Source of the DNA: Candidatus Nanohaloarchaea archaeon
GTDB taxonomy: Archaea > Nanohalarchaeota > Nanosalinia > Nanosalinales > Nanosalinaceae
Length of the DNA stretch: 64,000 bases
Assembly: GCA_014297435.1 (NCBI GenBank)
Contig: JACOQA010000004.1
Coordinates: forward strand, 76,180-140,179
Reading direction: 5' to 3'
A model generated the notes under the pieces. The model ran no database searches, had not been told where the DNA came from, and was given only the letters and a program-made list of their open reading frames with translations. Position numbers and translations under genes: made by a program. Each line of letters starts with the position of its first letter. The stretch's first letter is position 1. Shown one piece after another: positions 9,371 to 21,450 of the stretch.

Positions 9371-10759
9371 CTAGTCGAACCTTGTCTCTCGTCCTTCAAG
9401 ATGTTCTTCTCTCGTCTCAGGATCGATCTTCGTTAGCTCGCCTTCAGGGACGATCGAAAGCAGATCCCATGCAAGCTCGAGAGAGTCTTCGATACTTCTG
9501 TCTTCTCTGAAGCCTTGTCCGATGAAATGTTCTTCGAACTTCTTCGTGAACTCTAGAATCTTTTCGTCCTTGTCGGATAGAGCGTCTTCACCGACAATAG
9601 CGACTAAGTCTCTGAGAGACTGTCCTTCTGCATAGAGCGCGTAAAGCTGATCAGAGACATCTGGATGATCCTCTCTGGTGTAGCCTTCGCCGACACCGTT
9701 ATCCATCAGACGGGATAGGCTTGGTAAGACATCGATCGGCGGGTTCTGTCCTTTCGAGTCGAGATCCCTGTCGACAACAATCTGTCCCTCCGTAATATAA
9801 CCTGTAAGGTCTGGGATCGGGTGGGTGATGTCGTCGTTAGGCATTGTAAGGATCGGGATCTGTGTGACTGATCCTTCACGTCCCTGGATGATTCCAGCTC
9901 TCTCATATAACTCAGCGAGGTCCGTATACATGTATCCCGGATATCCTCTTCTTCCCGGAACCTCTTCTCTTGCCGCAGATACTTCTCTGAGTGCGTTTGC
10001 GTAGTTAAGCATGTCTGTCATAATAACCAGAACTTCCATGCCTTTCTCGAACGCTAGGTACTCTGCTGTTGTTAGTGCCATTCTTGGCGTGATGATTCTT
10101 TCCGGTGCAGGGTCCGAAGCTTTGTTGAGGAATACTACAGATCTCTCAAGTGCTCCCGTCTCTCTGAACTCTTCGATGAACTCCTGGGATTCCTCTTCTG
10201 TAATTCCCATTCCTGCGAATACTACTGCGAACTCTTCGTCTTCACCTGAAACGTCTGCCTGTCTTGCGACCTGCATAGCTAGTTCGCTGTGTGGTAGTCC
10301 GGATCCTGAGAAGATTGGAAGCTTCTGTCCTCGAACCAGTGTGTTCATAGTGTCGATCGAGGAGATACCTGTCTGGATGAAGTCTTCCGGAAGCTCTCTC
10401 GAACTAGGATTGATTGCCTGTCCGATGATATCCTCTTCTTCCTCAGGAATAATTTCCGGTCCATCATCGATAGGGTTGCCTGTTCCGTCGAGAACCCTTC
10501 CTAGAAGGTCCTCGGTGACTGGCATCTTGACGTTTTCGTCCATGAACCGGACGGATGCGTCCTGTCCGATTCCCTGTGTTTCCTCGTAGCACTGTACGAC
10601 TACGACATCTTTCGAGGTTTCAAGGACTTCTCCCTTTCTCATCTCTCCGTCCGGCGTCTCGATCTCGACGATGTCTCCATAGGAGATATTGTCGGTTTTC
10701 TCTACAAATACTAGTGGTCCTTTAACCTGGTTGATTGTCTTGTACTCTTGTTTGGTCAT
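9371..10759 (-). CDS. atpB: A-type ATP synthase subunit B
   Basis: [50 protein letters not shown]. Confidence 0.99.
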   Translation of the reverse strand: MTKQEYKTINQVKGPLVFVEKTDNISYGDIVEIETPDGEMRKGEVLETSKDVVVVQCYEETQGIGQDASVRFMDENVKMPVTEDLLGRVLDGTGNPIDDGPEIIPEEEEDIIGQAINPSSRELPEDFIQTGISSIDTMNTLVRGQKLPIFSGSGLPHSELAMQVARQADVSGEDEEFAVVFAGMGITEEESQEFIEEFRETGALERSVVFLNKASDPAPERIITPRMALTTAEYLAFEKGMEVLVIMTDMLNYANALREVSAAREEVPGRRGYPGYMYTDLAELYERAGIIQGREGSVTQIPILTMPNDDITHPIPDLTGYITEGQIVVDRDLDSKGQNPPIDVLPSLSRLMDNGVGEGYTREDHPDVSDQLYALYAEGQSLRDLVAIVGEDALSDKDEKILEFTKKFEEHFIGQGFREDRSIEDSLELAWDLLSIVPEGELTKIDPETREEHLEGRETRFD

Positions 10760-10772
10760 TTTTGATTCACCT

Positions 10773-12512
<1,740 letters not shown>

Positions 12513-12539
12513 TTTTAGTTTAAACCTCGTAGCATTAAT

Positions 12540-12848
12540 TTACGAAATATCTACTCCGATAACTCTCTGGATTTTATCTTGAAGACCTGAAGACTCTGCT
12601 GTTTCTGAAAGTGTTACGACAACAGGATCTACTGATTCTTCTACTTCACGTCTTACCCTGCCAGGCAGTTTTTCTAAGTCAGTCTGCTCTGCAACTAAAA
12701 TCCCAATTTCTTCATGTTTCAATAGTTCCTGGATCTTTTCCTCGTAGTTTTCAGGGTTGAAACTCTTCTGTACGCCGGCGAGTTCGAAGCCTAGAGTGAA
12801 CTCGTCGTCACCGATTACTCCGATCGTTTTCTTCTTTTCTTCTTCCAT
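12540..12848 (-). CDS. atpF: A-type ATP synthase subunit F
   Basis: IGVIGDDEFTLGFELAGV...RVIGVDI. Confidence 0.96.
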   Translation of the reverse strand: MEEEKKKTIGVIGDDEFTLGFELAGVQKSFNPENYEEKIQELLKHEEIGILVAEQTDLEKLPGRVRREVEESVDPVVVTLSETAESSGLQDKIQRVIGVDIS

Positions 12849-12849
12849 T

Positions 12850-13848
12850 TTATGACACCACCAAGTTGTTTCTGATTGTTTCTAGGTTCTGGATACCTGT
12901 CTCCTTCGCTCTCAGAAGCATTCTAAGGTTCTGAACCTCAATCATCTTCGCCATAATGTAACCGAGGATGCTTGTTGCACCGAGAGGCTCTGTGTGCTGT
13001 GAGACGAGCGCCCTGTCCAATCTTGCAACCTCAAGCCTGTGCTCGATGTCCTCAATATTCGCTCCGTTCTTCTTTTCGAGCACTTCCTCATTAACCAGGT
13101 AGTCGATAGCTTCTTCGAACGATTTTGAGCCAAGAACTTTCTCGAGATGTTTCGACTTCTTGTCTGAGACAAGCCATTCCTCAATTTCCTCTCTCTCGAT
13201 CTCCTGTTTCTTCAGTCTTAGAGCGATCTTCAGGTTCTCGTACTCTATCTCTTCGTTTACGAACTTCTCGAACCACATTCCTCCGATCTTGCCTGAAATC
13301 CTGTCAAGATCTTGATAATATGCACGGTCAAGATTTCTTTCAATCTTTCTGAGATCCTTTTCCTCTCCGATAAATGATTTGTAGTCGATAGGCGAGTTCT
13401 TGAATTCGATCGATCCAACTATCTCCTCAAACGTTTTTTCTGAAAGATCCTCCAATTCCTCGACCGAGTAGTCACCCACAGGCACCAGAAGGTTCTCTAT
13501 TTTTTGGTTCCCTCCTCCCTGTTTCCACCTTAGAAGTCTTTTCAGGCTTAGAATATCATAACGCCTCAGGTAAGTTTTGATTACAGGTTCAAGGCTTTCC
13601 GGTGCGATCTCGACAAGTTTTGACATCGTTCGTGAAAGATTTCTCATCAGCGCGAGCTCAACAAGTTCGATTCCCTCGTATTCAGAGCCTAGCTCGTTGA
13701 TATCTTTTTTGTAAGCGCCTTCCTCAAGGTTTCTTGCTATTTCATTAGGCTTCATCTTGAGAAGATTCTCGTAGTCGCTTTCATCGAGAAGCTTCTTTCT
13801 CTTCGCGCTCACTCGAGCGTACATGTAAGGATAGTCGCGCTGAACCAT
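12850..13848 (-). CDS. atpC: A-type ATP synthase subunit C
   Basis: YPYMYARVSAKRKKLL, ILGYIMAKMIEVQNLR. Start set at MVQRDY. Confidence 0.95.
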   Translation of the reverse strand: MVQRDYPYMYARVSAKRKKLLDESDYENLLKMKPNEIARNLEEGAYKKDINELGSEYEGIELVELALMRNLSRTMSKLVEIAPESLEPVIKTYLRRYDILSLKRLLRWKQGGGNQKIENLLVPVGDYSVEELEDLSEKTFEEIVGSIEFKNSPIDYKSFIGEEKDLRKIERNLDRAYYQDLDRISGKIGGMWFEKFVNEEIEYENLKIALRLKKQEIEREEIEEWLVSDKKSKHLEKVLGSKSFEEAIDYLVNEEVLEKKNGANIEDIEHRLEVARLDRALVSQHTEPLGATSILGYIMAKMIEVQNLRMLLRAKETGIQNLETIRNNLVVS

Positions 13849-13855
13849 TTTTAGA

Positions 13856-14389
13856 TCACTCAAAAAGCTTTTCCGCAACTTCTTTCCTGTGCTTGGATTT
13901 CATTTCTTCAACGATTTTATCGAACGTAAAGCTCTGCCTCCTAGAACCATCCTTGGATACAACCACTATTCCTTCAATGTCTTCTTCTTCGAAATCGATG
14001 CTTACGGCATCCTCAAACTCTTCTCCCCCGATAACTTTCTCGGGTTCGAACTCGACCTTGTCGAGGCATTTCTCAACGAAGTCCTCTCTTTCCTTCTTGG
14101 TCAGGTCTTCGAGGCTTTCACGGAAATTTTCGAATACCTCGTCTATCTTCGCTTGCTTCGCCTTCAACCTTTTTTCCTTGGCTTTCATACGAGCGTTGGA
14201 GATAGTCTTTGTTTCGTATGAATCCTTCTCCCCTTCAAGTTCTTCTTCATACTCTTCCTTGACTGCCTCTGCCTCCTGTCTTGCTTCTTCCAGGATTTCT
14301 TCTCTCTGTTGTTCAGCTTCGTCTATTATTTCGTCTGCTTTTTGCTGTGCTTCTTCCAAAATCTCGGATTTGACTTCTTTTAGGCTCAT
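13856..14389 (-). CDS. atpE: A-type ATP synthase subunit E
   Basis: MSLKEVKSEILEEA coiled coil; GIVVVSKDG..QSFTFD. Confidence 0.93.
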   Translation of the reverse strand: MSLKEVKSEILEEAQQKADEIIDEAEQQREEILEEARQEAEAVKEEYEEELEGEKDSYETKTISNARMKAKEKRLKAKQAKIDEVFENFRESLEDLTKKEREDFVEKCLDKVEFEPEKVIGGEEFEDAVSIDFEEEDIEGIVVVSKDGSRRQSFTFDKIVEEMKSKHRKEVAEKLFE

Positions 14390-14427
14390 TTGAGTATCAC
14401 GTTTGTGTTTGAAATAAATTGAGAGTT

Positions 14428-14449
14428 GAAAACGGGTTGCCCCGTTTTC
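14428..14449 (-). terminator. 9-bp GCAA-tetraloop hairpin after atpK (terminator or stabiliser)
   Basis: Minus strand GAAAACGGG-GCAA-CCCGUUUUC, followed by a U-rich tract. Confidence 0.7.
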
Positions 14450-14458
14450 CGCGGGCTT

Positions 14459-14689
14459 CTAAATGAAGCCGGTTGATACCAGCGCGACGACCAGTCCGAA
14501 GATAACCATGGTCTCCGGGATAACTGTTAGGATAAGTACCTGGCCGAACAGGCTGTCGTCTTCTGCTAGAGCGCCAACTCCTGCAGATCCGATCTTTGCC
14601 TGTGCCCAGCCGGTTGCAAGTGCTGCAACTCCTAAAGCTATGGCTGCGCCGAGTGCTGGAAATGCTCCTATTCCTGCTGCTGTTGCCAT
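14459..14689 (-). CDS. atpK: A-type ATP synthase proteolipid subunit K/c (single hairpin)
   Basis: AQAKIGSAGVGALAED...ILTVIPETMVIFGL. Confidence 0.97.
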   Translation of the reverse strand: MATAAGIGAFPALGAAIALGVAALATGWAQAKIGSAGVGALAEDDSLFGQVLILTVIPETMVIFGLVVALVSTGFI

Positions 14690-14715
14690 TGTGTGGTTTT
14701 CACCTCAAAATAATG

Positions 14716-16524
14716 TTAGTTAGAGTTTGCTCCGAATGGAGCGTATTTTTTACCGCCTCCTTCATAGAACTTTCCGAACATCTCCACGTAGTGGAGTCGG
14801 ATTCCTTGAAGGAAGCCTTCCAAGATTTTAATGAATGTGTTGAACGTGTGACCGACCACCAACATGAATATTCCGAGTCCGACGCCCAGTAGGGATCCTG
14901 ACTGGAACAGTGGGTCTGCTAGACCGTTCACTACTTTTGCGAGTGAAACCGCCGCGACCGACACGCCGAATATTCTTAGGTATGATAGTACGTTTGAGAG
15001 GAGCGATGGGATTTCTACGACCCCTTCTATGCCCTCTCCCATGTAAAGCATGATTACTGCTAGGACGCCGACTACAGCGGCTGCACCTGTCATACCTAAT
15101 ATGGCTAGTGCGGCTGCCAGTTCGAGTACGATCCATGACCCTTTTTCTAGGAAGGCTTCTCTGAATCCGTGATTGGAATATTCGTTGTAGAATCCAAGCA
15201 GGAACCCTAAGTTGACGTGGACGACTCCTATAACTGCTGCTATGCTGAATACTGTTCCTAGTTCGTGTGCTCTGTGGAAGAGTATTGGGATCTGGCTGAA
15301 CACTTCCAGACCGAACTGACTGGCTAGTACGGAGTCATGACCGAATATTATGAAGCCAAACGCGTCACCGAACGCCAATCCAAATATTATGGTGGAGATT
15401 GATGCATACATCAGCGACTTGAAGATGTCGCGGGCTGCAGGAACCATTCTGTAACCTAGGTAGAATACTGCCAAGGTTGTCAGTCCGTATCCTGCGTCGC
15501 CGATCATGAATCCGAAGAAAAGTGGGAACGTCAAAAGTAGCATGAAAGATGGATCCAGCTCGTTGTATCGAGGCACTGAGACAAGATCGGTCAGTGACTC
15601 GAACGGCTGGACGAATCTGTTGTTATCATGTTTTACTGGCGGTTCCTCCTCCGCCTCTTCTTTCTGTACGTGGATTCTTCCTTCTGTCTTGTCAGCTAGT
15701 TCTTCCTCGACCTCAGCAAAACGTTCTGAAGGGATCCAACCGTACGCGATAAACGTGTTTTCTGTTGTTGCAAAGTTTAGAGGTGCTTCAGCTTTCTCTA
15801 CTCTTTCTGTCAGGAAGCTTTCGATGTTCTCAAGTCCTTCACGCCACTCTTCTGCTAAGCTTTCGAGCTCGTTTTCTTTCTGTTTCTTTGCTTCACGAAG
15901 CTCCTCTTTTCTATCCTCCAGGTTGTATGAAACCGTTTCGATTGAACCTGTAAGCTCTGTTTCCGGGACTGTCAATTCTATGGATGATGCTTTGTTGATA
16001 GCATCTCTGAACGCTTTGTCTTCGGTCTCGTGGTAGAAAATAACGGATGCTTTCTCTCCTTCGAACACGTCATATTGTGTGTTCGGTGCTTCCGAAGTCA
16101 GAATGTCCCGATCAATCCTTCCTACGAAGACATCCAAATTTTCTGTGCCTTCGAGATCTTCATAATTGACTCCGCTACCTCTAAGTTTCTTGAAGAATTT
16201 TTTCTTATCATTTACGTTGGAGATTCTTCTTTCCAGGGAAGCGATTTCTTCCTCTATATCGGAAATCTTTTCGTCCAATTGAGGAAGTTCGTTTTCGAGC
16301 TCTTCGATAGTCAGGTTCTTCCTGTGTCCCTCAACTTTAGGTAGTTTGGAGATTGTGGATCTCAAATCTACCAGTAGTTGTGAGATGTCTTCTGCTTCGT
16401 CTGAAGGCTTACCTGTGTTCAGTTCGCCGTCATAATCGTCTATATCTAGAACTTCAAGTCTGTAAAGTGTGTTAATTACGTTTTCCAGGTCTTTTTTGGC
16501 GCCTGTTACCGATATTTTGGTCAT
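14716..16524 (-). CDS. atpI: A-type ATP synthase subunit I/a
   Basis: PRYNELDP, FFGFMIGDAGYG, LSYLRI, LRLHYVEMFGKFY-like motif. Confidence 0.97.
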   Translation of the reverse strand: MTKISVTGAKKDLENVINTLYRLEVLDIDDYDGELNTGKPSDEAEDISQLLVDLRSTISKLPKVEGHRKNLTIEELENELPQLDEKISDIEEEIASLERRISNVNDKKKFFKKLRGSGVNYEDLEGTENLDVFVGRIDRDILTSEAPNTQYDVFEGEKASVIFYHETEDKAFRDAINKASSIELTVPETELTGSIETVSYNLEDRKEELREAKKQKENELESLAEEWREGLENIESFLTERVEKAEAPLNFATTENTFIAYGWIPSERFAEVEEELADKTEGRIHVQKEEAEEEPPVKHDNNRFVQPFESLTDLVSVPRYNELDPSFMLLLTFPLFFGFMIGDAGYGLTTLAVFYLGYRMVPAARDIFKSLMYASISTIIFGLAFGDAFGFIIFGHDSVLASQFGLEVFSQIPILFHRAHELGTVFSIAAVIGVVHVNLGFLLGFYNEYSNHGFREAFLEKGSWIVLELAAALAILGMTGAAAVVGVLAVIMLYMGEGIEGVVEIPSLLSNVLSYLRIFGVSVAAVSLAKVVNGLADPLFQSGSLLGVGLGIFMLVVGHTFNTFIKILEGFLQGIRLHYVEMFGKFYEGGGKKYAPFGANSN

Positions 16525-16549
16525 TTCTTTCGGCTTGATTTCTTCCCAC

Positions 16550-16867
16550 CTACTGGAACTGTTCTTCGAAGCTTTCTTTCAGGAGCTTTTCTGCTTCTTC
16601 CATTCTGTCCGAGGCTTTTTCTCTTAGTTCTTCTGCCTCTTCTTCTGCTTCATCGATTATTTCTTCTCTTTCTTCATCGACTTTCTCTTTGAACCGGTTC
16701 ATTTCCTCGTATTTTTCGTCTTTGGCTTCCTGTTCCGCGTCTTCTATAAGTTCTTCTGCCTCTTCTTCTGCTTCTTCTATCTTTTGCTGTTTCTTCTGTT
16801 TGGCATCCTCTAGAATGAGGTCTGCCTCTTCTTCCGCATTCTTGACTTCCTGTACTACGTCAGCCAC
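16550..16867 (-). CDS. atpH: A-type ATP synthase subunit H/G
   Basis: GTG start after GGTGA; EVKNAEEEA coiled coil; first gene of the operon. Confidence 0.88.
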   Translation of the reverse strand: MADVVQEVKNAEEEADLILEDAKQKKQQKIEEAEEEAEELIEDAEQEAKDEKYEEMNRFKEKVDEEREEIIDEAEEEAEELREKASDRMEEAEKLLKESFEEQFQ

Positions 16868-17002
16868 GTTATAATCACCGGCATGAAACCCTGAATACAG
16901 GAAGCTTATAAACCCTGTGAGCTTCCGCAACCATCTCCTGTTTAAAAGATTTTCTATAGGCTGGCGTTTGTTGAAAAGTCTTCTCTACCAAAAATCAAAA
17001 TT

Positions 17003-18100
17003 ATGGAAGAAAGAGGCTTGAAAATATTCGCACCCGAAGAGGAAGAACCCGGTAAGGACTCAGACGTCTTCTTCAACGACGAGATGCGTACAAACAGGGA
17101 TCTTTCCAGAATTGCTCTCAAAGTATTCCGCGACAAGATAGATGTTGATGAGTTTCGTATATGCGATCCTTTGTCCGCTTCAGGAGTGAGAGGTTTTCGG
17201 TATTCTGACCTAGGCAAACTTTACCTCAACGATACCAATCCAGAAGCAGTTGATTCAATAGAAAAAGGTTTAGAGGAGAACCAGATCGAGGCACAAGTAT
17301 ATAATAAGGATGCGAACGTTTTGCTCTCCGAGAACAGAAACCTCTTCCACTTCATCGATATTGATCCTTTCGGACCGTTTAACCGGTTTCTTGATTCTAC
17401 AGCCCGGGCTTCAAATCACCAGAGTTTTGTGGGTCTGACCGCTACTGATTTGGCTGCGCCGGCAGGAAGCTATAAGAAAACATGTATGAGGCGTTATTCC
17501 TCGAAGCCGTTGAAGAACTCTTTCATGCACGAGACGGGTCTCCGCATATATATTAAAGAGGTTTTCCAGAACTACGCACGTTTCGATAAGTGTTTCGACC
17601 CCAAGATATGCTGGCACGAACAGCACTACTCCAGAGTCATGGGGAGGGTAACTGAGTCAAAGAAGAGAACCAACCGCACGCTAGATAACATAGGATATCT
17701 TTCATACTGCCCCGAATGTAGATGGAGGAAACTTGAAAGAGAAGAGGAATGCGGCAACTGCGGTGAAGACACACAGATTGCGGGACCGCTCTGGACAGGC
17801 AAACTTGTTGACAGAAGATTTACCAAGGAAATGAAAGAAGAAATCCCTGAAGAATGGGTGGACGCCAATGAACTTCTCAGAAAAGTTCATGGCGAAGCAG
17901 AAATACTTACACCGTTTTACGATCTACATAAACTGAGCTCAAGTCTAAGCATTCAGGTTCCCAAAAGAGAGAAAGTTCTTGAATCACTAGAAGACAGGGG
18001 ATACCCGGTTTCCAGAACCCATTTTTCGCCTACAGGTTTCAGGACTGACGCGCCTCTACAAGATATTCGAAGGGTTCTAAAAGAAGCTTCGGAAGAATAA
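17003..18100 (+). CDS. trm1: tRNA (guanine-26-N2)-dimethyltransferase
   Basis: VFFNDEMRTNRD, SASGVRGFRY, DIDPFG, GPLWTG, THFSPTGFRTDAP. Confidence 0.96.
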   Translation: MEERGLKIFAPEEEEPGKDSDVFFNDEMRTNRDLSRIALKVFRDKIDVDEFRICDPLSASGVRGFRYSDLGKLYLNDTNPEAVDSIEKGLEENQIEAQVYNKDANVLLSENRNLFHFIDIDPFGPFNRFLDSTARASNHQSFVGLTATDLAAPAGSYKKTCMRRYSSKPLKNSFMHETGLRIYIKEVFQNYARFDKCFDPKICWHEQHYSRVMGRVTESKKRTNRTLDNIGYLSYCPECRWRKLEREEECGNCGEDTQIAGPLWTGKLVDRRFTKEMKEEIPEEWVDANELLRKVHGEAEILTPFYDLHKLSSSLSIQVPKREKVLESLEDRGYPVSRTHFSPTGFRTDAPLQDIRRVLKEASEE

Positions 18101-18168
18101 AGCAATCTAAACCCTTTCCCTGCCCCCGCCAAAGATTTTTAAATCCATCGATTACAGCTTTCATTGTA

Positions 18169-18624
18169 ATGGCTTGGAGAAGGGCGACCGCCGGAGGAGA
18201 ATTCTCTAAAGAAGCAGAAATTAGTAATAGGGCTGATTTGAACCGTTTTCTTGAGGAATCAGAAGCAGATATACCTTATGAGGTAGATTTGCTTGTTAAG
18301 GATGAGGAAAGGCTTGAAGAAGAACCTTACAAAGAAGATCTTCCTGAAGTTGAAAACTTAGACTATGTGTTTGAAGGAGAAGTATTCGTTCTAGACATGT
18401 CAGTTGAAGAGTTTACTTGCGCAGCAACAGCAGGGGACGAAGTAAGCGCATACGTCTATGGAACGCTTTCTATAGAAGGCGATGGATACGAAAGAGAAGT
18501 TACGGTAGATGAATTCTATGAGACTCCCGCCACCGATGTCTTCCACTGGGACTCTGCTGGAGAGAATGAAAAGGGGGCAGAAATTAATGCTAACGTCGAA
18601 ATGGCAGAAGCAGGCTCAGACTAA
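18169..18624 (+). CDS. Hypothetical acidic protein
   Basis: 151-aa ORF with TTTTAAAT box about 25 nt upstream. Confidence 0.65.
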   Translation: MAWRRATAGGEFSKEAEISNRADLNRFLEESEADIPYEVDLLVKDEERLEEEPYKEDLPEVENLDYVFEGEVFVLDMSVEEFTCAATAGDEVSAYVYGTLSIEGDGYEREVTVDEFYETPATDVFHWDSAGENEKGAEINANVEMAEAGSD

Positions 18625-18679
18625 TAATTAGGTAAAGATTAGAAAAATAGAATTGGGAGAGAATGCGGCTGCGTCTTCT

Positions 18680-19795
18680 CTAGTTGCTCTTTTCTTCGAG
18701 TTCTTCTTCGAGTCCGAGCTTCTCAGCTAGTTCTTTGTAGCGGTTTCTGATTGTTACTTCTGTAACTCCGACTACGTCGGCAACTTCTCTCTGTGTTCTT
18801 TTCTCGCCTTCTAGGACTGCGGCGATGTAGAGTGATGCTGCTGCAAGACCTGTAGGTCCTTTGCCGGAGAGTAGGTCTCTTTCTCTTGCTTCTTTGAGGA
18901 TGTTTCTTGCTCTTGCCTGCACTTCTCCTGAGAGCTGTAGCTTTCCTGCAAATCTTGGGACGTAGTCCTGTGGTTTTGCTGGAAGGATTCTTAGTCCGAG
19001 TTCTCTTGCGACGTAACGGTAAGCTCTTCCGATCTCTCGTTTTTCGATTCCTGATGCTTCGGAGATTTCGTCCAGGGTTCTTGGCGTTCCCTGTTTTCTT
19101 GCGACGATGTAGAGCAGTGCTGAGATGATGGATTCCATCGATCTTCCTCTTACTAGTCCTTGGTCTACAGCTTTTTCGTATAGGCGTGCGACTTCTTCAT
19201 GGACTGATTCAGGAAGGTTTAGGTTGGACACCATCGAGTTGAGTTCAGAGAGTGCGAATCCAAGGTTGCGATCCTTGGACTTTGTGAGTCTCTTGTGCCA
19301 TTTTCTGAGTCTGTAGTACTGGGCACGTTTGTTTCCTGAGACCTTGTAGAGTTCCCCTGAGCCTTTTCCGATCTCGGTGGATACTCCCATGTCGTGTTTT
19401 GTGTAGGTCAGAGGCTGTCCGGCTCTTGCCTTCTTTTCTCTTTCCTGTTCGTTGAATGCTCTCCATTCTGCGGATTCGTCGATTCTGTCTTCGTCAATGA
19501 TTAGCCCACAGTCGACACAGGCGAGTTCTCCCTGTGCAGAGTCTTCTTTGAAGCGCTGGCTTCCACATTCAGGACATGTTAGAACTGTGTCGCCTTCTTC
19601 GGCTTCTTCACGTTTGATCTCGTAGCCTTCTCCCTGACCGACTTTTTCTTCCTCTTGTTCTGGTTCTTGGTCTGGTGTTTCAGCTTCTTCCTGTTCTGCT
19701 TCTTCTGCTTTTCCATCCTCGTCTTCTTCCCATTCCTCGGGGATCTGGTAGTCGTCGAACTGTCTCCTTGGTACGTTGTGCGAGTGTTCTGTCAT
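18680..19795 (-). CDS. tfb: Transcription initiation factor B with acidic N-terminal extension
   Basis: CPECG...CVDCG Zn ribbon, EWRAF, two cyclin repeats, GVTEVTIRNRYKEL. Start MTEHSH after GGAGGT. Confidence 0.97.
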   Translation of the reverse strand: MTEHSHNVPRRQFDDYQIPEEWEEDEDGKAEEAEQEEAETPDQEPEQEEEKVGQGEGYEIKREEAEEGDTVLTCPECGSQRFKEDSAQGELACVDCGLIIDEDRIDESAEWRAFNEQEREKKARAGQPLTYTKHDMGVSTEIGKGSGELYKVSGNKRAQYYRLRKWHKRLTKSKDRNLGFALSELNSMVSNLNLPESVHEEVARLYEKAVDQGLVRGRSMESIISALLYIVARKQGTPRTLDEISEASGIEKREIGRAYRYVARELGLRILPAKPQDYVPRFAGKLQLSGEVQARARNILKEARERDLLSGKGPTGLAAASLYIAAVLEGEKRTQREVADVVGVTEVTIRNRYKELAEKLGLEEELEEKSN

Positions 19796-19967
19796 AATAT
19801 TGTTACCTCCTGGACGCGATGGAGCTTGTTCAGATACATTTCGAATTATATGTTCAGCTTGAACGAACTCCGATACTTTTAACCAATACATCCCTTAACT
19901 TTATATACCTTTCCACCGGTTTGTTCATTCCCTACTCACAACACCTCTTAGCATGAATAATAAATGA

Positions 19968-21059
19968 TTGTTTCCCACAATCGAAAATATGCTGGAAGAG
20001 GAGATGCGATTCAAGCGAGAAATAATAGGAGTATCCGCGCTCCTCATCCTAGGCAGCCTATTTATACTCTATCCTTTTCTCGACGCCATAATATTCGCAA
20101 TCGCAACCTCATATCTTTTGAGATCAATGCACAGGAGGCTGAACTCGAAACTTCACAACAACTTCCTGTCTTCGTTAATTGTGGTCAGTACCATAGTCGG
20201 CGTAATATTCCTGGGAACATTTCTGTTCATCAATAACTTCACAGAGGTCTCAAACGCCACCACAGGCGTGGCAGAAAACATGCAGAACAAAACCCAAGAG
20301 GTCATACAGAACCTAGAGACCTCAGAAGACGTAAAAATGCAGCTCCAAAACCAGCTGGACAAACTTCTCGAGCCTGAGAATGTCAGAAGCCAGCTTGAAG
20401 GTATAATAGCGTCTCTACCCGGTTTATTCATAGACCTCGGCATATTCCTCGTGACCGCTATCTATCTATTCCGAGACGGAACAGACCTGAAACGAAAATT
20501 CTTCTCACTGGTAGAGGATCTACCTGACAACGAGGAGAAAATTGTCCGAACACTGACAACATCAATAGACTCCATATTCAGAGGTGTATTCCTTACCCAG
20601 TTTACAGTAGCCGCGATACTTGGTCTAATAACAGGAATAGGATTCTACCTCATAGGCTCAATAACAACACCAATACCATTCACAATTCTATGGGCGATAC
20701 TAATTGGAATAGCAGCCCTAATGCCTCTATTTGCGGCATTCATGATCTACGGACCAATAGGATTCTACTACCTGTTTGTCGGCATGCCAGTTAAGGGAAC
20801 ACTGATCCTGGCATTCGGAACAATCGTGCTTAACGTCCTGCCAGAAGTATTCCTAAGACCTTATGTCGGTTCAAAACAAATGAATGAGCATCCGCTGATC
20901 ATCTTTATAGGGTTTATAGCCGGTCCACTTACTCTTGGTCTGAAAGGTCTAGTACTCGGACCCGTACTACTGATACTTGCAAAGGACTTCATCATGAATT
21001 ACAGCGAACTCGTCTCCGATCAGGATTCGACCCGCAACGAGAACAGCGAGAACCAGTAA
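19968..21059 (+). CDS. AI-2E (PerM/UPF0118) family transporter
   Basis: LRPYVG...HPLIIFIGFIAG...GLKGLVLGPV. True start may be about 20004. Confidence 0.92.
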   Translation: MFPTIENMLEEEMRFKREIIGVSALLILGSLFILYPFLDAIIFAIATSYLLRSMHRRLNSKLHNNFLSSLIVVSTIVGVIFLGTFLFINNFTEVSNATTGVAENMQNKTQEVIQNLETSEDVKMQLQNQLDKLLEPENVRSQLEGIIASLPGLFIDLGIFLVTAIYLFRDGTDLKRKFFSLVEDLPDNEEKIVRTLTTSIDSIFRGVFLTQFTVAAILGLITGIGFYLIGSITTPIPFTILWAILIGIAALMPLFAAFMIYGPIGFYYLFVGMPVKGTLILAFGTIVLNVLPEVFLRPYVGSKQMNEHPLIIFIGFIAGPLTLGLKGLVLGPVLLILAKDFIMNYSELVSDQDSTRNENSENQ

Positions 21060-21450
21060 CTTTTCTACCGCAGTTAGAACAGTTTAACTCCCACCTATAC
21101 TTCTCATCAGTTCCGAGATCCAAAAATCCTTCAAAATCTGCTTCAAGGTGGAGCGCAAGATTCTGAAGCGGTTTATCATCCGTAACCAGTGTATGCCCTG
21201 TTTGAACTGCAAGTGCAAGAAGTTTCTCATCTTCGTCCGAGGTAGGTGAATTAATCTCATCTGACTTCGATCTTACTTTTCCCAGAATCTTTTCAGAAGG
21301 CGTTCTTACTTCATATTTGAGGTTACGAAGGTTGTTACGACCTTTAGAGCTCTTAATCTCTTCAAGAACTTCAGGAACCATCAAAGCAGTGTCAAAAGCA
21401 TAACTACCTCTCCCATGCACGATTACGTTAGTGTCGACAACGGCTTTCAT
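20992..21450 (-). CDS. nob1: NOB1-family PIN endonuclease
   Basis: VVDTN, S.ED..LLALA, LVTDD..LQN, C-terminal CxxC..CxxC. Confidence 0.9.
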   Translation of the reverse strand: MKAVVDTNVIVHGRGSYAFDTALMVPEVLEEIKSSKGRNNLRNLKYEVRTPSEKILGKVRSKSDEINSPTSDEDEKLLALAVQTGHTLVTDDKPLQNLALHLEADFEGFLDLGTDEKYRWELNCSNCGRKVTGSRCSRCGSNPDRRRVRCNS

